This document shows positions 13,001 to 27,133 of a DNA stretch of 64,000 nucleotides, one piece after another (positions within the stretch are counted from its first letter, which is position 1; each line of letters begins with the position of its first letter). The notes under the pieces are model-generated. The model did not search any database. It had not been told where the DNA came from and saw only the letters and a program-made list of their open reading frames with translations. Both the position numbers and the translations under genes were made by a program. The stretch is from Laetmonice hystrix (Eukaryota), in assembly GCA_965235115.1 (NCBI GenBank), contig OZ249436.1, forward strand, positions 34,288,001-34,352,000, written 5' to 3'.

Positions 13001-16000
13001 TGATAGCCACCCCCAGACAGACAGCCACCCCCTCCCCCGCGCAACCCCCTGTGTTGACCTGTCGTAACATTATGCAAAGCACTCGACTGGAATGTGAAGT
13101 GCGTGGAGGGAGGGGGAACTGTGCTTGATCCCTGGGGATAACCAGCGGCAAACCGCACACACCGCATCGACCTCGACACTGATGGAAGTCTGGTCGGCGG
13201 CATTAACACTGTGCCAATCAGTTCATTACACCACCCTCACAAGGCGGCCACTGTTTTCATTTACAAAAAGGGCGGGGGGGGGGGGAGAAATCATATTGCT
13301 CTGATGCTGTATATTATGTTACATACTGGGTTGTTCTTGTACTTAACAAAAATGTTCAGTTGTGGCCGCTTGCCGAGTGGTGGCGCGGCTGTAGCAGAAC
13401 CCCCCCCCCCCCCCCCCCACACACACACGGACTAAACCATTGACATTTCCAGCACGACTTGCCGCCTCACGCAGGTGTTGGAAGGGGCGGCGGTGCGCGG
13501 TGCGCGGTGCGCATAATCAGACTGTTGGAGTAAATGTATTTACCTTTGCGTCGGCCTTGCCGGGCCGACGGGGCCATGGTTCGGGTCGGGTCGGGTCGGC
13601 TGGCGGTCGATCGGGGTTACAACCAGGTTACTATATACGTCAGCCTGGTTCCTTCTAGCCTTTCCCATTCATTCATGGAGCTGTAACAGTCTCTTACAAA
13701 CACATAGGAACCCACGTATTTTAAAAGCCACTGCCACGTTAAAAATCAATCTGTTACATTATGAAATTCAAGGTTTTCAGTAAAAGTATAACAATGGGGT
13801 GTAAAATGCTCGACCGTTTGCACGCTATTTGACAATGTTATGCTACAGCTCATGCCCGAGGATCCTGATACAATGTGCCATTTCCGCATACTACTTGGTG
13901 TATTACGGTTCGTTGCACCAGTGGCAGCCACGGCACCAGAACATTCCTCCCATTTTGTTATACTACTCGCTTTGTGAATGTTGAAGGGGTCCTCTATCAA
14001 CATCTCATCCACTGGGACGGGTGCGGACCTCGCAGAGTGGGAGAATTCAAGCGGGGAGAGTTGGATTATAACACAAAGAATATAGAGGAAGACTATCATT
14101 GTATCCAATCGATCCTACGAGGGTTGTGGCGTTTAATATGTATTCATTAATTCGTGCATGCAATATTGCGATTTGTGATGGAAAAGGGGTATCTATAGCT
14201 CTTTGGGACCGGCGAGTTGGAAATTCTGCTGTGGTATTACGTTAGCCCCCAAGGCTGAACATTGGTGGTATGTGGACCACGCTGTGACCTACGGCACGCG
14301 AGGCCTTGGGTGGCACAGATAGGGTCTAGATACAGGCGTGGGCGGGAGGGATTCCTGAAACCGGTCTGACAGATGTAGCGGATTATCTATCAGGGCTGAC
14401 GGCAACAGACACCTGAATCAATGCAGACCAATGTATAATCCCTGGTGAAAAGTACCCAGTGGCCTAGAGGGCAGTTTGGTGTTGTTTGTCTTAGCCCCAA
14501 CACTGGCCCTATACCTCCTATAACACACGTTGCCACTAGACCCGGCCGCGACTGGCCCAACGTTGCCATAGGGTAGACTCTCAGCCTCTAGCGATGGTGA
14601 ATTCTGTTAGGTATAAAAACACGGTGTGGTGACACTTTGCTAACTTAAAGTACCATGGAGGATTAGGCCTACTTGGAGACGCTGGTGATGTAAGGGGGTG
14701 TGGCAGTGAGGTTTGTGTACTGTGGTCATGTATCGGATCAGTTCCAAACATGCATGCATGTCTCGCACGGTAGTCTCCCAGACGATACGGCGTCTGGGGC
14801 AGCGTGCATGCATGCTGTGTGGTGGGCGATAATGGGAGGACTTGTGTGCACTGCCCACGCTAGTCGGTCTGCATTTCGGCACAGGGAACGTCTGGGTTGC
14901 GCGTCTATTATGGCTTGAAGTGATATGTGGACAATAAAGGGAGAAAAGCATGTCTTCCTTACTGATATTAAATCAAATACATGTATATTCAAACCACAGT
15001 TCAGTAATCATGAGTTTATCAAAACTACACCTTTTATTATTTGGATCAATCTGCGGCCATCTGCAGGAGTCAAACAGGACCTGACGAGGTCGTGTAGGCC
15101 CCTATACGGTTTTCCAATAATGTTTCGCGCCAAGGACCCAAACACCTCGGCAAAACTGACAACCATGCATGACAATAATGCCACCAGCGTTAAACAACTG
15201 AAACAAAATATGACTTGATGTGCAGATAAAGAAAAAACGATGTGGGTGTGCAAATTACTGGCGTAAAGACGTCGCACACGGTTGACGTCTATATCGATAC
15301 TCGTTAAGAAAATAACGTGAAGCAAACCCAGCTGGTCGGGTACGCAGCAACAAGATGCTCATCGTCCCAGCGGCCGTTTCTTTTGCCAAAGGAATCACTA
15401 TTGCCACAAACTTCAAGTCCCTCTCCTGGGACTCGGCGAAATTAGCGTTAATTAAAGTGCTATGGCGAGTGGCGTTTTGCGAAATCTACGTGCTAGGTAA
15501 AATGTACCCGAGCTGTCAAACCCATTGCCAGTTTCACAGATGTGTGGCAGCAGCCGATGCCGGGAAGAGTGAGATCTTTTTCCCCTTTCGAAATTATCCC
15601 ACTGTTGTGTTGATATTGGTGCGGTTGACGTAGGCACACTGGTGGTTGGAGGAGGGTGATTAAAGAAAGGTTATACTATAACACGGTCGTCGCCAATGTT
15701 TGTGCATCAATCCGTGGCTCTATACATAATATATATAATCACAAAATATATGTGAATAACGTTGACATAAAAGATATGCCGTCTATAAGTGAGACACGCA
15801 TGAATGAATTCCTAAACCACAAGAAATACCATGTTCACGACGTGGAAACATGTCAGAATCTTTCACACTGTGCAATCACGGGTCTCTCCTCCTTTCATGC
15901 TTCTCTTAAAAGATATTCAGAGCCCCAGTGGGATTTTTGAAAAGTCTCTCTTTTTTTCCTTCCTTGGAAATTGCTTTGACTGTCGGGAATGAGGAGTATG

Positions 16001-19000
16001 CGGGCGGCGAGGCTAGAGGACGTATTGGGGTCCTGCACAGCGCATCCAGTTCCCTGCCTCCCACCCTTTAAGCAGCGACCCCTGCAGGCACGTTTAATTA
16101 CATGGAAAGCGCCTGCGATAGTATTACGTAAGGAATGGAACCCAACATTTTCTTTAATCACTTTTTTTAATGTGGGGAAATGGAAGAGGGCGTCTCTCCC
16201 CTCGCCATGGCGTAGCCCGCAGGGGGCAGAGCTCAAACAAAGGCGCCGAGGCTGGTTTCATTTCATCCAGTCGGCCGTTTCAGATCCGGTAAAACTAGAG
16301 CGATGTGGATGATAAAAAAAGATTCATCTCGCGGGCCTATCTCCGCGGTAAGATCCCCCCTCCTCCTCCACGTCTCTTCAGATGAAAAACTCCTGATTAT
16401 TGTGATGCCGTTCACTGGTAAAAGCATTCAGAATTTACCACCATCATTTGAAAAAAGGTCATGCATGTTGTTGAGTCGAAGAGAGTTCACTGAACATATG
16501 CATGGCTGGAGAGATTGCAAAGGTTCGTCCTTCACGTTGACAAAATAGTCTTAGAACGCCTTGTGTTTCGTCAGTTCATTTCCTCGGCTCGTGTTGGGTG
16601 ACATGAGGTCTTGACTTGAGGTTGGTTGGACGTCAGATGTTGGTTCAGACGCTCTACGGCTGTGTCCAGTTTCTGGTGGTAATTATTGCACTTATATATG
16701 CCTAGGTGTATAGCTACTCTACTAAAGTGACAAAACATCAGCATAGCCTCATATTTAATTATCTATGATCACTTATTGATGAAAAACACTTGACACAAAG
16801 ACTGATGCATAGTTCTTTATTAAAGAAGCTCATTTTCAATTCGATGCATCGACTATAAATAACAATATTCTTTTGAAGTTATGTCCTGCATACTGCATAC
16901 TGGGTCAATTAACCAATCACCGCTAAAACGTGTGCACTAGGCCTACAGTTATATTTTAAGATTTTGTCAGGGCCCCCCTGGACCTGAGTAGTATGTACAA
17001 TCAGTAGTATAGTAACCATGCCGTATATCCATAGTGAACCACCGACAACCATATAACGGTGTAGGAGGCCGTTACCCACTGTCTGAGTGTAGCGTGGACC
17101 TAAATAGCAACCACGTGTTTATTTTGGTCGCAGCCCCTCGTGGGCGGGCGGGGGGCGGGCGGCCAGACTGGGCCGTCTCGCGCCTCCCCGACCACCGGGC
17201 CTATCTAGGTTATAACGGACCACAATCAATGAGCCGGACAGAACGAAGGCAATGGCACAGATTGAGGGGGTTCTCACAATAAGGTACAGATCTTCTGAAC
17301 CAGGTGAGAGTAAAACAGGTTAATCCATCAGTATAGGTCTAGTTCATATTGAACAGATTTGTATAGCGCGGAAAGAGGGGTAGGATATTGGAACCCATTC
17401 TCCATCTGTATGTAACATATAAGGCCGTAATATAGGGGTGTATTTCTGTGTCTAAAGCCCTGGGTATGATGCTTCCGTGGTTCTGAAGGATACTTTATAG
17501 CATAGCATACACGATAATCATCCATTAGGGTCAATCCCTGGCTAAACCCTACTCGCTGTCCGGTGCAGGAACCTCCGTGAAACATCATAGAACACTCCAC
17601 CCTCGCTCCGCGCCGCGCCAGGTTCCTCAGCCAGCCCGCATCATAGTATTTTGGATTTACGCTACGTACACACATGAAGAATCGTAAGCGGGGGGTGTGT
17701 GCCGCAGATAGAACAGCGCCGTTCGCGGCAGCCAATCAGCGACCGTGCCGAGGTTATGTTAAGTAGTCGGCATGCTCCGCCCCAGTTCGAAGGGCACGAC
17801 CCGAATCGACTTGGTTACACGATCAATCTTGTACCTGTCTGGCACTCTGCCCCTGCCCATAATACAGATGTTTTGTTACCACAATCCGAGGCACTCGAAC
17901 CGCTAGCTCCTCCGAACAGGATGGAGTCGTCTTGCTCGTTTACGAAAAAGTGTTCACACGAACTAAGGGAACAGGAAACGTCGATGTCAGGGCTGCTGTC
18001 AGTGGCTTCTTGCTCGTAGACACAGCATGTCAGCTGCGAAATATCAGCCGACTCTCGGCCTATGTCTGCTATATGTCTAATGTTCAGTGACATGGCAAAG
18101 CTTTTGACGTCAAGGGGCAAGACACAATGCTGGAGGAACTGTCAGTAGTATAGGCTTGCCACCTGCGAGATCGCAGGTCATGGTAACCCGGGTTATACTG
18201 TCAAAAGATCAATGCGAGTGGCTGACCCTAAAGTGGGTAATATATTAAGTGCTCTTCATGGTAGATTACATAGGGGGATCCCATGCCGGGCAAGGCCGCG
18301 CCAGGTCTATATGGTTGGTGTTCATTCATAAAATCCTCATCATTGGTGACAACCGAAGGAACCTTAGACGAAACCCCATACAGTTGCTGCGGGAGGCTGA
18401 GGCGATAGAGGAAGCCACATGTTTTTTTATCTATACTTCTAGGACTTCTAGTCTCCGTGTGTCAGCACGGGCTACGCCGGGCTGCTGCTACCGCAACAAC
18501 GGAGGTCCTGACAGGGGGGGGGGGGGGTTAGGGCCTAGTTTATTTTTATATTGCCCCCCCCCCCATACCGAGGCATGCGTATCCTACCTGTGGCTAGACC
18601 CCCACCACTGCCCTGTTAGTGTCCCGTTACCCGGCGGTGGTGGTAGCAGTGGTGGTAGCTAGGTCCAGCGGGTGTGACCGGCGGTGGGGTCAGTGGGCCG
18701 TGAAATGGGAGCCGCGGGCGGGCGAGCCGGGCCGGGCCGGGATGCGTGCCGTACCGTCAACACCCTTATGCGGCCTTACGTAAGATGTCCGTAATTCGCC
18801 GTAAGGCCGTTACTCCAATTCCATCGCCGCGTGCCCATAGTGTACGCTGAGTAAACATCGACGCCACCACACGGTTTGCGGCGGCCAGCAGCGAGGCTGC
18901 GTGACCTCGTAGTGTTCACGGGTCAGGTCAGAGGGCGAGCGAGGCACCAAGGTCGACCAGGCCCGCCCTGCATAATCACGGCTAAGCTAATAGATAATTA

Positions 19001-19699
19001 ACGATCGGCATTTGCATTGCTCATGCTAAAGGAGGAGTTATGAAAATGACCAAGGGGAGTGGGAGGGACTCCGGGCAAGGCGAGGGGGGCCGGGAAAGGT
19101 TGGGGGTGGGGGGTGGGGGTGGGGGTGGAGTGGACATTGAGCCAGACACGTTAACATCCGCACTGAACGTGCTGCCACTCCAGGCCGAGCCGAGAGAGAA
19201 CGGAGAGTAGAAAATAGGTAGAAAACAAGACTAATGTTCACAGTAAAAACACATAAAAGGGAACTGACCTCAGTAGTAACCTTTTGGTCTATGTGAAAAA
19301 AGCGACACTTAAGCCTCCCGTGCTGGCTGTGTATACCTAATCTATTTTTAAGGCGCCGTGTTGATACGTGGTAGCATACATACAGAGATGTCAGCCGACT
19401 TTCGGAGCGCGGGCAGTTGTTGATATGTACGGCAAGGCAGCTGGGGCCACGCGGCCTTAGATTTAGGGGTCAGTGGCCTGTCAAGGGTTTGGCTAGCGGG
19501 AAGCCTCCAAACGTTACGCTTCCTCCTCACTCAGTCCTCCCTATACGCAGCATCCCAAGCCACCCGGGCGACACGCGGCGTATGGCGCAGAATTCAATAA
19601 AAATCGCAGCATGCTTATGATCTCGGGTTGTATTTTCCCCTCGTAACTGTTCACACGGGCGCGGACCCCGTGGGTCTGGCTGATTAGATGCTGCTGGAC

Positions 19700-19975
19700 G
19701 GCTCACCATTGGCCCGTCGGTCCTCCTGACCTAGCGCCACACGAGTGTAAACACGCAGCGTAGGAATATCTGGGCGGCATATTGACAGCCAGGGCCAGGA
19801 TAATAAATGATGCGGTCGACCAATGGGAACCGTCCACTGCGTGCGCTCCGGGTGCCCTCTCTGCCTGGCGGCCGTGACCAGTCGCGTACGATTGTCACTA
19901 TCTAATAGCTTTCTTGAACCCACATGACACTGCCTCCCATATAAGGAAGTGGTTGCCATGGTTATCGGACAGTTT
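19700..19975 (+). promoter_or_regulatory. Candidate core promoter of NR2F
   Basis: ATTGG 19708-19712; CCAAT 19820-19824; CCATATAAGG (CArG/TATA-like) 19937-19946 overlapping GGAAGT 19945-19950; GTTGCCATGGTTAT 19952-19965; Inr-like CAGTT at 19970, about 30 nt after TATAA. All lie in a CpG-rich region upstream of the ATG. Confidence 0.45.
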
Positions 19976-20616
19976 CAAGTGCAGTGTCAGAGTTCAAAAC
20001 ATATAGAGTGCTTTCAACGTAGCCCGGCACTCTCCTGATAGCGCTTAAAGAATTACTGCGCCCGGCTAGCCAGTCGCAAGTGTTTCCATAATCTCGACTG
20101 TTTGGGGGATATACGTTGTTGGTTCCGACGTTCATGTGCGCAGTGAAGAAGAACAAGTTGGCAAGTTCGAGGTTGGTGTCGCTCATTTGGCGTGCCATCG
20201 TTGTCCAGTGAGGAGAGAGGCTACTGGCGAGCGCACACTCTGGGACTCCCCCTGCCTCGGACTCCATGAGAACGACACACGGTGAAGCCTCTCCGGCATA
20301 ACACTCCGCGGAGGGACAGTGCTTCGGTCCGACTCGGGTTCATGTGCACAGCCACTTGGCCGCTGTGGGCTGCGTGTAACAGAAGCAGATGACACGGCGC
20401 TAGAGCCTCGCGCTGTGGTGCGTTGAACTCTGTCCACCACCACACCACGCCACTGCTGCTGCCGACTTGTCAGTACGGCCTGTGATACTACCCAGTACGG
20501 ACGTGTACACACACAACTCACTCAGTCACTGCACACTACAAGTCATTCACGGATAGTGTTTATTATTATTATTTGTTGGTGTTATTAAACTTTGGGTGCG
20601 CCTCTCGCACTGCAAT

Positions 20617-21052
20617 ATGGCGATGCCGACACCGGTGAGCCAGTCGAATACGGCGAACGCGTGGGGCAGCCACGGCGACGACCTAAACGGCACGGGCACG
20701 ACTCCTCCCAACCCGGTGGCTCCGCCGCAAACTCCGCAGGCCGGGCCACCTTCACAGCCTTCACAAGCGTTGATCCCATCGACCACGACTACCACACCGA
20801 CCAACTCCAACTCGCCAGACAATAAGGGGACATCACACATTGAGTGTGTCGTCTGTGGGGACAAGAGTTCGGGCAAACACTATGGCCAGTTCACATGCGA
20901 GGGATGCAAGAGTTTCTTCAAACGGTCGGTGAGGCGGAATCTGACGTACACATGTCGGGGCAACAGGAACTGCCCCATCGACCAGCACCACCGCAATCAA
21001 TGTCAATACTGCAGGCTCAAGAAGTGTCTCAAGATGGGCATGCGGAGGGAAG
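20617..21052 (+). CDS. NR2F: COUP-TF/seven-up (NR2F) nuclear receptor, coding exon 1: Pro/Thr-rich A/B region plus C4 zinc-finger DNA-binding domain
   Basis: ATG at 20617 (MAMPTPVS...). Translation contains [70 protein letters not shown], the canonical NR2F DBD. Ends at a phase-1 donor GAAG|GTACGT (intron starts 21053). The start codon is inferred; a second ATG lies at 20623. Confidence 0.96.
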
Positions 21053-22940
<1,888 letters not shown>

Positions 22941-25900
22941 TGACTATTCAATGTGTTGTATTGTTGGGGCGGCCTAGCCTTGAGTGTTCTCCGCTGAAGC
23001 AAGCGACTGGTAGACAAGAGAAAATGGCTTTTCATTTGACCTCCCCCAGCGAGTAACAAAAAGACCACACAACCACAGAGAGCAAGGTGCATGAAGACCC
23101 TTTTCATACGAGAGTAGCACATCCCATTGTCATCAGCGGATATCTTTTTTTATAAAATGATTCCCACTTTTTGACAAATGAAAACTATGATGGCTTAAGC
23201 AGGTCTATAGTGTTCCTCCTATCCAGAACTAGGTCACCTCTTGAGAAAAAATAGCTTGAGCAGCAACCAGAAAAAGGGAAATATTTATTTCCAGTATGTT
23301 TTGATGAAATGATGGCATTTTAGGCAATAATTGGAGGTTCGGACGTCAGTATTATATAATCACTGAGTATAAACATTGAGATATGTGATAGAAGCGTTGT
23401 AACAAACGTTATATAGTAAAATTTGGACCCACCACAAGAAGCCCCCGCTCCACTGGGACCACGTCGCCCTGGGCTGTCAGTGTACTACGACTGTCGTCTG
23501 TCAGGAGATGGTGGTTAAAGACGAACCTATCCGACATGAACAAGCGATAGACATTTTCTAGCCGGCTTAAGGGGAGAAAGACCCCCCCCCCCTTTCCCCC
23601 CTTCCACCCTCAACTCCACATCCCCTGCCCCTTTCCCTCCCCATTACCATCCTTATAACCCACCACCCAAAATGTTTACAGTGCACTATAAGCATGTGCT
23701 GGAATTACAGTGTCAGGAAGAAGCGGAGGTATTTTGTATTTAATGGCCGTGCTCTCACAGTTCGCGAGTGAATTATTCCTGACTGATTTGGACTGTTTGG
23801 ATACAATGCCGAACACATGCGGTTATAGGAGCGTCACATTGAGTAACACGTGCGCCTGACAACAACAGCTCTTCAACATGATTCTTTACATAACTCGAAC
23901 GTCAAGCAAAAATATCTACATATTTTTACAAAAGATACACAGATAGCCCACATTTCTTATGTCGGCCAGCAGAGCGTAAAGTTTGTATACGAGACAGAAA
24001 TCCATGGTATTCTGTAGTATATGACAAACGCAGACGGCGCGCAGGTTGTAAAATATAGGAGTAAGGGGGTTACACAAAACCGCCTATATCGCATATATAT
24101 GGATGGGCCAAGGTCCCAGGACAGTCTACCTCTATACCATTACTCACCCCCTTTAGGACGATAAACGTTGCATGATGTCATACAGAAAAGCGCCGTTCCG
24201 TGGTATATATACGCATGGGAAACTGGGTATGGCCCCTCTCACCGAGCCATGCGCCCTTGGTGGTGGCACGCAGTGGACAATAATAAATAGTTTCCCACGT
24301 CAATCTGCACTGCCCGTCGCTTTCAGGAACCCCGTATATATACGTAATATTTGGGTCACTATTAATATTAAGCAAGTGTAAGAGGTCTTGCTTTTTTCTG
24401 TCATTTAATTAACACTGTACGGACACGTTCGCAATCATGGCACACTTTAATATAATAGCTATAATAGATTATTTGTAACACGTTATACGCACAGATTTAG
24501 ATGTTATGTACATCTCTGTATTAATATTACATTGCAATAATTGATATACTCACACGTGTACAAGGGACGCAAACAGGTCGCCTTCCCTGTTCACATTGTG
24601 TGAAACATGAGCTTTCAGTTGGATTTAAGGTATTTGGTTTATTTGGAAGGAATGTTTTTTTTTAGAAATGGAAAACTAATATTGGTGCAAGTAAAAACTG
24701 CAATATAGCTGTGTACGATTCGTGGATTCTGCTATATCCGTATATCGTCCACTGATTGCTATACCTTTGGTTTGATTCAGACCCTAGACCCAAGGCAGGC
24801 AGACATTTGGATGAAATCACTTTCCAAGGTAAATATAAACTGAATTACCCGCTGAGATAATAGAGATTCCACGTTTATCTTTTATTACGGATTACTGAAC
24901 ACCCCCCCCCCCCCCCGTACGGGGAAGCCAACTGATCGATACGAATCGTCCCTGCCACCAATTACCTAATTCCCATCCTCAGACCTAAATTGACACCGGC
25001 CGAACAATTTGTGTTGGGCTTTTCTTGTCGATCGCGGAGGTTGGGGCCAACTAACGAATAGCTTATATAGGAAATCGCTTGCTTTTTTTCACCCTGTTCA
25101 TGGGTTGCATGCAGCACATGCCTGGGGTTCGAACTGAGACACGTGTGGGCAGTTATTGGCCGGGGTTTAGACCACTATGGCGTTTACAGGCTGGGTACTG
25201 TGGAGACAGTGGGCGACCATTGACTTGGGGTCACCCCACGTGAAGCCGCAGTCACAGTACGAAATCATACACGACTTGATCATGGTCGACACCATACGAC
25301 TGGCTTGACTATAGTCCATCCAGACTTTACTAAAACACCAGCACATGCCTTTTAAACACCCGTCTCGAGGCCATCTTGATTTTATAACCGTTATAATCGT
25401 TTCACGAAACCCCCTATAACGTCCTGTTAGCATCACACTACTGACATTATTTTCTTCTACATGCTGGGGACAAAAATGTTTGGTTATTGCATGGACGCAT
25501 GTCTGAACGATTGGAATTTTTAACGTATATAAGAAGACAAAATCCGGTCACTGTGTCTCTGCACAACATTAAACACTCCAAGGTCGGTGGGACAGAATAT
25601 GCTTTAGTTTTCTTATCGTTCTCATTCGCATCATCATCCGTCTTAAAATTAATGATTAGAATTCGCACTCAGGCCAGTACAGAGAACTGCACAGGTCTTA
25701 CAAATAAATTTTATGAAATGACAGCCTCATGGAAAAGAAGCCACATACTTTCCATTGATGCAGCACCTATTAAGCTTCATTGTGGAGCGAATGAAACGCC
25801 CGCGGTGAAATCACAGCAACATTTTGTAAACACACTCGAAGGAGCGTACATGTAACGTAACGTTACGCGTACAAAATCAGAAGCCAGTGTCCACTTAGAC

Positions 25901-27057
25901 GGTGTCGCCTGAGCTCGTTTGCCAAGCTCTCTAGACACATACCTGGTCAATTGGATTCATGAGAGGGCCTGCCGATAAATGATACGTCCCCGCCCTAGGA
26001 TGAGTTTATCAGAAAGCAATTTGTGGCGCGAGGCATTAAGGAGCAGGCCGTGAACAGGCAGTGCAAGCAGACGACGTGCTGAACTCAACGTCCCTCGGCC
26101 GCGTTGCCATGCTCGCACGTTGACGTTATGTTCCTCGGGGGTCTCTTATAAAACGGCGCCCATCGCAACACCAATTGATACCCTGTAAACTTGACCGGTT
26201 TATTTTCATTCACCTTCCCGTTCTAAGGACGGTTGAAATGCAAGCCATTTTTCTCATTTTTAGTGAATATTTAGGCCTATAATAGAGATTAATTCCATAG
26301 CCAGAATCACATTTTGTGGGATAATGAACGGTGTATAGTGCATGGCGTAGGATAGTTTGCATTTTCTAGACCGTTGCTAGATACGTGTAGGCCTGGTGTA
26401 GGCTATTTCAATTTGATTGCAACAATAGTAGAACCCATCTTTTGAACATGCTCACAATCATTATTGCATGGCACAGGTTCGTGGGTGAATGATGTTATTC
26501 TACAACTGACAGGGTGCTTTAAAACTGAGGTTTGACCATTCGAGAATTCATTTTGATGGACGGCTCGCTTGTCGGTCAACCCATGTGTATAAAATCCACA
26601 CGGAGTGTCTATACGGTTAAAATGGGGGATGGGGACAAACGGGTGCAGTTGGCTGGAAGTGTGTTGTTTCTGGTAGAACGTGTAAAACGTTAGTTTGTGA
26701 GGGTATAGAGAGTAAAACAGTGAGTGACGTTAGCGTAAGCGTGCTACTTGTAGTACTAGTCAACGATGTAGAAGTGGACGGGAGCAGCGAGGATCGCGAC
26801 CCTTGACTTGGCCCGGCGTGCCACAATACAATCAATGGCTGCGCTGAGGCGGGCCACAGGCGGCGCTGCGAGCGCTAGAAGCCATGAGGCATGCAGGCGG
26901 GCCGGGCAGGCCGCCGGGTGCTGACAAGAACACTCTCAGCAGACATAGCCTAACAAATCCGGATTCCGACAAATCTAGCCCGCAAACACACACACACAGA
27001 GACTCCACACGATCGTGTAGTAACTGCAGTTACAGGCTGCCATCGATATGAGGGTAC

Positions 27058-27133
27058 CGTTTGTCTCTCGATGGTCATCCCCTGACTGTGTCAATCGTTT
27101 GTCTCTCGATGGTCATCCCCTGACTGTGTCAAT
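27058..27133. repeat. Exact tandem duplication, 2 x 38 bp
   Basis: cgtttgtctctcgatggtcatcccctgactgtgtcaat at 27058-27095 and 27096-27133. Confidence 0.95.
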
